The notes beneath the pieces are model-generated. The model ran no database searches. It saw only the letters and a program-made list of their open reading frames with translations, and had not been told where the DNA came from. From positions 83,638,001-83,702,000 of the forward strand of contig OZ024745.1 in assembly GCA_964016885.1 (NCBI GenBank): 64,000 nt of DNA, read 5' to 3'. The position numbers and the translations under genes are program-made. This document shows positions 54,664 to 64,000 of the stretch, one piece after another. Position 1 is the first letter of the stretch. Each line of letters begins with the position of its first letter. This DNA is from Eledone cirrhosa. Its lineage: Eukaryota.

Positions 54664-54931
54664 ATAATATATATGTAGTAAGAAACACAGTAAATCGTGT
54701 GTCGATGATGCCCGTGGATTATCTGTTGCAAACACACTCTGGGCGAAACAGATTTATCCCTAATCTGTCCGAGAGATATAATTGTTATTGAGGCGGTTTG
54801 TATAATATAATTTTATTTTTATTTTATCATTCTGTCTGCTTCATGGTTAAATATTTCGAACAATTGTGGTTTTTCAACACTCATAATATTGGACACACGA
54901 TTTACTGTGTTTCTTACTACATATATATTAT
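54664..54931. mobile_element. PLE remnant: about 40-bp perfect inverted repeats enclosing a 5'-clipped hammerhead
   Basis: 54664-54703 is the reverse complement of 54892-54931. Confidence 0.7.
54702..54775 (+). ncRNA. Hammerhead motif with full stem III; 5' arm of stem I missing
   Basis: (t)cGATGA t gccc...gggc GAAAC agatt-tatccct-aatct GTC. Confidence 0.65.
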
Positions 54932-55003
54932 TATAATGCTCAGTATTTATACTTAGAGCTTATTGATTACAGGGTTTCAGTATGAGTTATAACTCTAGCT
55001 TTC

Positions 55004-55108
<105 letters not shown>

Positions 55109-55344
55109 AAAACACATAAATATTATATATATTTAAAAATAAAAAGGTGGAAGGGGTAAACAATTAGTTGGGAATACGACAAATAATAAATAAATAAATA
55201 GATAAAGGTATAAATGTTTATAGCTGATTCAAAGCACTCAACAATTCCTAGAACAAATAATCAATAAAAATAAACATTAAATCACTCTGTATGTAATTAT
55301 GCATACAGATATATATAAAATTAATTATATACAGACACATATAT

Positions 55345-55443
<99 letters not shown>

Positions 55444-55474
55444 TACACATATACACAACACATACATACATACA

Positions 55475-55545
55475 TAAGATTTTCGTTAGGTTTATGATAA
55501 GGTTTAAACATTTTAAACCTTATCATAAACCTAACGAAAATCTTA
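55475..55545. repeat. Perfect 34-bp-arm hairpin formed from a PLE RT fragment
   Basis: 55475-55508 is the reverse complement of 55512-55545; the right arm encodes [11 protein letters not shown]. Confidence 0.92.
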
Positions 55546-55580
55546 GATATATACACAAAGAGTCTTGCCATACCCCTATA

Positions 55581-55652
55581 GTCAGCAATGTATACCTTCC
55601 TGCCAGATTGTTGAACGTTCAACAATCTGGCAGGAAGGTATACGTTGCTGAC
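55581..55652. repeat. 72-bp palindrome (1 mismatch) at a pLTR start
   Basis: GTCAGCAATGTATACC...TTGAAC|GTTCAA...GGTATACGTTGCTGAC. Confidence 0.92.
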
Positions 55653-55684
55653 GATAGCTAATAAGCTTGAAACTAGTACAGCGT
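55642..55684 (+). ncRNA. Minimal type I hammerhead ribozyme
   Basis: acgttg CTGACGA t agct-aata-agct t GAAAC ta GTA cagcgt. Confidence 0.82.
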
Positions 55685-56159
55685 TCCTTTGTCAGTGTTG
55701 AACAAACGAGCAACGATGGTTGCTAGACACTACGGCTTAATACGGGATGTTTGTTTACAAACACACCGAGAATTATAATAAATGCATACTCACATACATA
55801 CACTCACATACGCACGCACATACTTTCAACCACACGTATTGGGACATATACACAAATGTAAGTGTATATACATATATCAATAAATATATACATTCACACA
55901 CACATACAGACATATACATACACATACATAAGACTATACAAACAGAAAATAAAGGCCTATAATCACCGCATACACACAACTGAAACCGTAAAAACATGCA
56001 TGGAAACAAATAAAGGTATACAATAAACATAAACTCACACACATGATAAAAAATACATACAACCACATACACACATGTATATATATATACCTATATATAA
56101 AAATATACATACACACATACACACATACACACATACGCATATGTACAAGTACATACGCA

Positions 56160-56221
<62 letters not shown>

Positions 56222-56326
56222 TAGAAGGGATAATCAATTTGTTGGAAAGCCGACAAATATAAATATAAATGTTTATAACTGATTTATAACTGGAGTAAAT
56301 ATTCAATATTAAATATTTAATATCTT

Positions 56327-56363
<37 letters not shown>

Positions 56364-56530
56364 GCACACACTCACACATACACACATACATAAAGTTATA
56401 TCTACACATATATATATATACATACATATAAATACACACATATATATACATATATATATATATACATATATAAACATATATACATAAACATACATATACA
56501 CGCACAATATATACACACTCACATAAGCAC

Positions 56531-56563
<33 letters not shown>

Positions 56564-56574
56564 GAAACACGTAT

Positions 56575-58266
56575 AACAACTTATTCGATATTACGATGGG
56601 ATCCATGGACTCTGCTCATGTTACAGACCTCATTGGACTATTTCACCTCTATAACATTCATGACTCTTTTCCCCACCTCAAAGGTGGTCTTTATCGGGAT
56701 GATTGTCTATTGTTACCTAACAATCTTAGCAATTCCAATATAGAGAAGAACAAAAATCAAATTAGAAAATCCCTTAAGGACTATTACAGCCTTAGCATCA
56801 CCTTTGAAAACACTTCAAAAGTAGCTAATTTCCTTGATGTTACCTTAGATCTCTCTACGAATACTTATCAACCATACCAGAAACCTAACCAGAATCTACA
56901 TTATGTACATTCACATCTAACCACCCTGGCTCTATACTCAAGAACTTAGTATATAACATATCTCTTAGACTTTCTAAATTATCTTCCAATGAAGATATAT
57001 TGTATAATAATGTACCCTTCTACAACGATGCCTTAACTAGAAGTGGATATAAAGAAGCAAATCTCATATATCCCCAACACTACTATGGACCAAAACATAA
57101 AACCTAACAAAAACATAAACACCAAAAAATAATATTGAAACAAATACCTAAAGTGGTTATTCCTATTACACCAAACAACCAAAAAACCACAACAACTATT
57201 ACTACACGATCTATGACCAATGTTATCAACCCACATATGAATATCAAGCACTCAAAATAACATAATCTACCCAAAAATAATACCAAATACAACCACGATA
57301 ATTTACCAAATTCCACAAATAAGGACACTAACCATAGGAATTCTTCTAGAACACAACACAATAATATAAGGGAGAATAAAAACTTAACTAAAAACCGCAA
57401 AAGAAACATAACATGGTACAACGCACCCTTCAACCTGCAAACTATTGGACAAATCCCCCCAAAATTATTTGAAATACTACATAAACATTTTCCACCAAAC
57501 CACAGATACCACCAAATATTTAATAAATATACTGTTAAATTCTCATGCTCTACATCAAGCAATCTCAAACAAAAAATAAGTAACTACGACATTTATAAAC
57601 TTAAAAATAATATGACTACACCTAATTTAAATAGGACTGCACCTTTTAAAGATAAATAATATAATCCTTCAACCTAGAAAACACAACCACCCAAATCACC
57701 AACACAAAAACAACAGAACACAAAATTACAATACAACTCTAGCACCAAACCACCCACAAAACAACCTTCATTCTCCTGCTATCATTAATTACAATAGGAA
57801 TAGCTCAAGGATAAATGACAATAGTATAGGCACCCCCCAAAACAATCTTACGTATGGCTGTAATTGCAGAAATAGAATCATTTGCGCCTTAAATGGAAAC
57901 TGTTTGATTAATAATGTAATATATAAATGCACTGTATCTACTACAGACTCCAACAAAACATATATAGGATCTACATCAAACACATTTAAGAAGAGATATT
58001 ACGCACAGTCTAGTAGTTTCAACACCACATCTTTAGCTGAAGCGGTAAATAATTATAAAAAGAAAAAAATAGATTTCAAGTTAACGTGGAACACTATTCT
58101 ACAAAAAAGTCCATATCTTGGGAACAGGAGGGAATGCAGATTATGTTCAGGAGAGATCTTGGAAATTACTAAATCTAAGGACAATTTATTAAATAAAAGA
58201 CAGGAATTGATCATAGTCTGTAATCACCGTATACGAAAAACATTTAAATACTATAAACCTAATTAA
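56575..58266 (+). pseudogene. PLE, 5'-truncated RT + GIY-YIG
   Basis: [30 protein letters not shown]; VIYKC..KTYIGSTS..CRLC..LLNKR. Confidence 0.88.
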
Positions 58267-58512
58267 ATACTATAAACCTAATTAAAAATTCTAAATAGCA
58301 ACTCACTATAATTCCGTATAGAATAACATTTATTAGTACCTCTTTCCCCTAATTATATACTTTCATGCTTATTTTTGCCTTTTAATGTTTTAGCTTCCTT
58401 AGATTTATGCGTTAATGACTAGAGGCAACCAGATACACAACCACCCGTAATTGCATGAGTAAAAATATACATCTATGTATGATATGGAAATATATTTATG
58501 TGTGTGTATATT

Positions 58513-58563
<51 letters not shown>

Positions 58564-58689
58564 ATATGTTTATGCATGTGTATATGTGTATATATGCTTG
58601 TATATGTATGTGTGTATGTATATATATATATATAAAGAAAATGCAACTGGAGTCTTATTTTTTAAAAATATATATATATTTATTTGGTT

Positions 58690-58727
58690 CCTTTACCGGT
58701 TTCGCAGTTCTTCTGCTTTTCAAAAGT
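58690..58727 (-). ncRNA. Minimal hammerhead, U3-A8 core variant
   Basis: ctt TTGAAAA gcag-aagaa-ctgc GAAAC cg GTA aag. Confidence 0.65.
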
Positions 58728-58943
58728 AGAGTTGAGATGGAGGGTCAGTGGTTTTTCTCACATCTGGTTGGTCTGTGAATGTTACTTGTTTTATATGGAA
58801 AAAGTGGATCGAAATGCCAGGTTTTTCGAGAAGTAATTTGATTGGTAGGTCAATAATTATAATAAATTTCGCGCCAGTTCGCGTTACAATAGTTCTTTAA
58901 ATAAGAGGGGGGTTGTCACAGGTTGTTTTTTTCATATATGAGT

Positions 58944-59590
58944 GTTTGAATTTATTTTTACTTGAAAAAAGGGGCTCACGAAGGCTTTTTTTTTTTTGAT
59001 AGGTTATAAATGAAATTATGGCTGTCACGTGAACAAGTTTTCATTAAATTTTCGCGCCCTTATTTGGAAATCCATTCTGTAGCCTTTTTAGAGAATTTTA
59101 TGATAAGTAAAAGATAATGGTCAAGAGAAATGGGATTGGAGAATTGTTCTGGTTCATTGAATATGGTTAGTTCTCTGGGGTGTCAGAATTCAGATTTTCT
59201 ATTGAATAAAGAAAGTAAAGATGTGTTTATTTGTGTGCTTGTGTGTATGTGTGTGTGTGTGTGTGTGTGTGTTGTGTGTGTGTGTTTGAATTTCTTTTTA
59301 CTTTAAAAAAAGGTGGCTCACGAAGGCTTTTTTTTAATAAACGTGATTTGATTGGTTATAAATGAAATTTTTCTGTCACGTGAACAAGTTTTCATTACAT
59401 TTTCGCGCCCTTATTTGGAAATCTATTCTGTAGCCTTTATAGAGAATGTCATGACAAGGAAAAGATAGTGGTCAAGAGAAATGGGATGGGAGAATTGTTC
59501 TGGTTCAGTGAATATGGTTAGTTCGCTGGGGTGTCAGAGTTCAGATTTTCTATTGAAGTAAAGATATGTATGTTTATTTGTGTGCTTGTG
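58944..59590. repeat. About 340-bp tandem duplication in the PLE 3' region
   Basis: About 58944-59250 repeats at about 59283-59590. Confidence 0.85.
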
Positions 59591-60220
59591 TGTGTGTGGG
59601 GGGGGTATGTGTGCATTGGAAGATGATTCTATTAGTAGAAATGGGGGAGGGAGTTGTGTGTGTATATGGGTGTTATGTGTGTGTGTGCGAGTACGTTAAG
59701 ATGGAGAGAAGATATATTTTGTGTGTGTGTATATATGTGTGTAGGAAAGTGGTTCTATTAGTAGAAATGGGGGAGGGAGTTGTGGGTGCGTGTATGGGTG
59801 TTATGTGTGTGGGAGTATGGTTAGCATGTTAAGATGAAGAGAATATATATATATATATATATTGTGTGTCTGTGTGTGTGTAGGAAAATGATTCCTTTAG
59901 TAGGAATATTTTTGAATGAACATATTTTCCTTACTTATTCGTATTTGTTCTGTTGTATTGTCAGTGCAAACGTATGTTAAGGTTTATTTAGTTCGGGTTT
60001 TTATTTTCTAAAGTAGAAGGTGTTATGTGTGTGTGTGTATGTCATATTATGGTGTTGACATAATGTATATTAAACCATATTTAATGCTGGTCTATATTTT
60101 TGAATAAACATATTTTCCTTATTTATTCGTATTTGTTTTGTTGTATTGTTAGCGCAAAGGTAAAATGGGAAGACTTGGAATTTGGGTGTCTTATTACTTG
60201 CGCAAATTCTAGATTTGGAC

Positions 60221-62520
60221 TTAGTGGTATCTGTCTCGTGGTTGGATCTCGTAATTGTTGGCGATGAGTGTGAGTTTAGTTCGTCCTATATAATCTTCAT
60301 TGCATCCTTTACATTTAATGGCATAAAGTAGATTTTTTGATGAGCAAGTGAAGTGATTTTTTACAGTAAAATTTTGTCCTGATTTAAATGTATACGTGTT
60401 GCCTTCAATGAGGTGAGTGCAGGTTCCACAATTAGAGCGACCAAATTTTTTGATACTTGGTAGTGGGTTTGTGGTAGGTAATTTGGTGAGTAATGTTTTC
60501 AGTGATTTTGGTTGTCTTTTGCTTTTGATTATTTTGTGTGTTTCAAGAGCTTTTTTCATTCTTGGGTTTTGTTTTAGTAGTGGGATGTTCTTGTGAATAG
60601 TGTTGTAAGCTTCCGCATTTCTTGTGTTGTGTGTTGAGATATATGATAGAATATTGGACGTACCTTGAATTTGTTTCTGCTTCCGTAATTCATCAATGCC
60701 TATTGCTTTAGCCCTTTCTATTCCATTATTTATTAGTAATAGTGGGTACTCTCTCTCGAGTAGAATTTCCATTAATTCTTGAAGTCTTTTATTTCGCGTT
60801 TCATAATTGGAGACAATTGTGCAAATTCTTCTTGCTAGGTTAAAAGGAATGTTCGTCTTCGTGTGCTTTGGATGGTTGGAGGTGAATAGCCGATATTGTT
60901 TGGAATCTGTTGGTTTGTAGTGTATGTCAGTTTCGATATTTGTGTCTTTTTTTAAGATTAAGATGTCCAGAAATGGGAGTTGATCTTGGCTGTATTCCAT
61001 TGTGAATTGGATGTGGTTATTGATGCCATTTATTTAGTTTTTGAAATCCTTCAGTTGGTCGAGTGTGTGGGAACAAAGAATGAGACAATCATCCAAGTAG
61101 CGTTTCCAATTCTCTGATAAATATTTGTGGAAGTTCAATCCGTATTTTGATTTGGACTGTTCATATATCTGGACTTCTAAGTATGCCATGACTAAGTTGG
61201 CATAAGTTGGAGCGGCTTTTGTACCCGTCGCAGTCCCCGATATTTGCTTGTAAGTATTGCCATCGAAATAAAAAAAGTTGTTCTGTAAGATGAATTTTAA
61301 TCCCTCGGTGATGAAGCTTTTTTTTATTCTGTCAGGTATCTCATTGGGATATTTCTCTAGCCAGAATCCTATTGCTTCTAGTCCGTATTAGTGTGAGATC
61401 GTTGTGTAGAGATTCACGACATCGAAAGACACAATAATAGTGTCGTTGTTGACATGTTTGGGGAGGTGGTTTAAGAGGTCCAGATCGTCTCTTACAAGGC
61501 TTGGTATGTGTTTGAGAATTGGTTTCAGTAGTATGTCTATAAAGTTGCTCAGTCTGTGTGTTTCACATTGTGGGCCCGCTACAATTGGTCTTAATTTAAG
61601 GTCTGTGGGGTATTGTGTGTTCACGCAGGCTGAGGTGGATTGTTTACAGGCATCGTTGATTATTTTACACTTGTGGATCTTCGGAAGTCCGTAAAGGTTG
61701 CTGGTTTTGTATTCAAAATTTGTTAAATAATCGCGTTCCTTTTTAGTTAGGTATTCCTGGTATCGATAAATCAGTGTGTTTAATCTGGTCATTATTTTTG
61801 ATTGCTGGTAGGGACGGTAGATTGGCAGTATCGGTAGAGGGTCGGACGCCATGCTTTCCAGCATAGTTACGTCCCTTTACGATCTGAGTTCAAATCCCGC
61901 TGAGGTTGACTTTGCCTTTCATCCTTACGGGGTCGATAAAATAAAGTACCAGTAATGCACTGGATATTTGCTGGCCTTGTGCCTAATGTAGAAACAATTA
62001 TTTTTGATTGCTGGTAGTTTTTTACTCTTTCATAGTAATTAGTATTTTGTAAGAGAGAGAACATAGAATTTTTATATTTTTCAGCCTCCATAATGACAAC
62101 AGTACTTCCCTTGTCCGCTTCCTTAATTATAATGTCCGTATTGTTTTTTAGTTCATGGATAATCTCCCATTCCCTTCGACTCGTGTTGGGTTTGGGTTTA
62201 AGTTGCGGTAGTTTACGGTATGGGAAGGTAGTTATGTGGTCACAAAATTCGTCCAGAACTCTGTTTCTACCTTTTGTTGGGTTGTAGCTGCTTTTATTCC
62301 GTACAATTGATTCGTCGTTATTCTCCTTGTCAAAGAATTCCTCTGTGAGACGTAATTTTCTACAGAAGTGTGAGATATCGTCATTTATCTCATTGCGGTT
62401 AGAGTATTGTGGTGTTGGTGTGAATTTCAGTCCTTTGGAGAGAATTTTTACTTGTTGGGCTGAGAGGATTGTATTTGAAAGGTTGATTATTTTCGGTTTT
62501 TCAAAATCGGTTTGTGCCAC
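60221..62520 (-). pseudogene. PLE RT-GIY-YIG ORF, interrupted by a SINE and stops
   Basis: ORF fragments 61867-62520, 61388-61864 and 60221-61000. Confidence 0.88.
61812..61996 (+). mobile_element. tRNA-derived SINE with 21-bp TSD inserted in the PLE RT
   Basis: TSD ATTATTTTTGATTGCTGGTAG at 61791-61811 and 61997-62017; YQQSKI is duplicated in the RT. Confidence 0.93.
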
Positions 62521-62885
62521 CGGGTGTCATGAGTCCTGTAGCCTTTGTCTAAAAAATGATTTTTCTGGAATGTTTTTTCAATGGTATTATTATATCTAAT
62601 GGTATTTCCCCTGTTGTTGTGTGGTCTTGTATAGAAGTTTCGGACGTATTGAGGTTCGGTTTGTTGATAGTCCGGGTTGTAGATTTTGCTCCTTTGTGTG
62701 GGTTGGGATCTACGGTTTTGGAACAGGTTCTGTGTGGGCAGGGGTCTACGGTTTTGGAATAGGTTTTGTGTGGGTTGTGATCTGCGGATCAGGTCCTGCC
62801 TTGTGTTCGGGGATCTTTGGTTTTTGTTAGTAGGGTTATAGTTTTGTCTATGGTTTCTGGGATTATCGTTATAGTTTTGCTGGGG

Positions 62886-63479
62886 TTATGTTGGACGTTT
62901 TGTTACTTTTTTTGTTATTTGTTGTGCATGTGGTGTGTGAGTTTTAGTTTGTTTTAAAAATTGGTTACCTGTATGTTGTTCATTTTTGAAGTCCATTTCG
63001 TAGTTGTTGAACCAGGTGGCGTTTTTTTCCCATCGCTGGAGGGATGTTAGTTCTTCATCCTCACAGTTTTCTTTCCAAAGTTTTAGGGTTGTTTTGTAGA
63101 GTAGGCCTTCAGAGTGCTTTGATATTTCTGTGTCCATCTGTTGGTCGAGTGACTTGAATTTTTCTTCGTTGGAGTTGGCTCTTAATCGCAACAGTTCTAT
63201 TTCTGTTTTAAATTTTTCCAACGCCATCTTTTCCCTAAGTCGTTGTTGGTTTTCTGGTTCATTCGGGATGGGTTTCATTTGGAGTTTTTTGGGGAGGATG
63301 ATTGGGGTAGAGTTTAGCCACTTTTCATATATGTCTGCCTTGCCATTATTTTTTAGGAGATTCCAAAGGGCGAATTTGCGGGCTGTGAGCTCTTGAGTCC
63401 ATATGTTGATTAGGGTGTTTTTCACTGAGTGGACATCTCGTAGATTGGGTTCTAACGGTTGTTCCAGCTTTTGGAGCAT
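62886..63479 (-). CDS. PLE upstream ORF1 (charged, coiled-coil-like), interrupted
   Basis: E/K/L-rich helical sequence between the 5' pLTR and RT; the same frame is open again just upstream of the RT start. Confidence 0.6.
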   Translation of the reverse strand: MLQKLEQPLEPNLRDVHSVKNTLINIWTQELTARKFALWNLLKNNGKADIYEKWLNSTPIILPKKLQMKPIPNEPENQQRLREKMALEKFKTEIELLRLRANSNEEKFKSLDQQMDTEISKHSEGLLYKTTLKLWKENCEDEELTSLQRWEKNATWFNNYEMDFKNEQHTGNQFLKQTKTHTPHAQQITKKVTKRPT

Positions 63480-63834
63480 TGCTGTTTCAATGGTTTCGAT
63501 TAGCTTAGTTAATACTGGAGTAATATTCGTCTCTTGGGTATTTTCTTTTCTTCGTAGGGTCCTTTTTTATAGATGTGTATTTGGTCCACTTTGTTGGTCA
63601 AAATTGAGAGTTTAGAGGAAATCTCTTTAAGTTCAGTGAGTTGTTGTTTTGTTGAGACTTCGGTGGCATTTTCGGTCTTCGTGTGGTGGGTATATATTAG
63701 AAAGTGAGGTTTTTTTTACAAATTGAAAAATAATCGAGGTGTGCTACACGAGTGAAAGTATAAAGAAAAAGAGATGAAATCGAAAATATAACTGGAGTCT
63801 TATTTTAAAAAAATATATATATATTTATTTGGTT

Positions 63835-63872
63835 CCTTTACCGGTTTCGCAGTTCTTCTGCTTTTCAAAAGT
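63835..63872 (-). ncRNA. Minimal hammerhead, U3-A8 variant (second pLTR)
   Basis: Identical to 58690-58727. Confidence 0.65.
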
Positions 63873-64000
63873 AGAGTTGAGATGGAGGGTCTGTGGTTTT
63901 TCTCACATCTGGTTGGTCTGTGAATGTTACTTGTTTTATATGGAAAAAGTGGATCGAAATGCCAGGTTTTTCGAGAAGTAATTTGATTGGTAGGTCAATA

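Larger units (their letters stand above)
58634..64000 (-). mobile_element. Neptune-like PLE with direct pLTRs, upstream ORF, RT and GIY-YIG
   Basis: Direct repeat 58634-58856 = 63790-64000; YGLPKIHK, LRPIV, SFDVVNLYT, RYLDD; CGTC linker then LLYAIKC..DYIGRT; clade label is from recall. Confidence 0.85.

Noticed and set aside
58400-58460. Possible decayed hammerhead after the GIY-YIG ORF
   Set aside because: Core too degenerate to support

Overview
AT-rich eukaryotic DNA made almost entirely of retroelements; no host gene is recognisable. The tRNA-derived SINE and the (TA)n/(CA)n-rich background resemble octopod cephalopod genomes (from recall, moderate confidence). There are three zones. (1) 1-11.8 kb: two L1/Tx1-type LINEs (CCHC ORF1 + APE-RT ORF2) on the minus strand, separated by a SINE. 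(2) 11.8-47.9 kb: a head-to-tail, all-plus-strand array of 12 R4/Dong-like RLE retrotransposons of two families (7 A, 5 B); nearly every junction lies in an (AAT)n tract, and one copy has an intact 1216-aa ORF. (3) 47.9-64 kb: a Penelope-like element (PLE) graveyard with three RT/GIY-YIG elements, pseudo-LTRs, fold-back palindromes and eight hammerhead ribozyme motifs, including a U3-A8 core variant. The most notable observation is that the Tx1-like and both Dong-like families start with a ~30-50 nt leader followed by a consensus 5' splice donor, and Tx1 and Dong-A have a polypyrimidine/CAG acceptor just before the RT ORF or its UTR. This suggests a shared, splice-dependent expression module. 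Boundaries were read by eye and are approximate unless stated otherwise.
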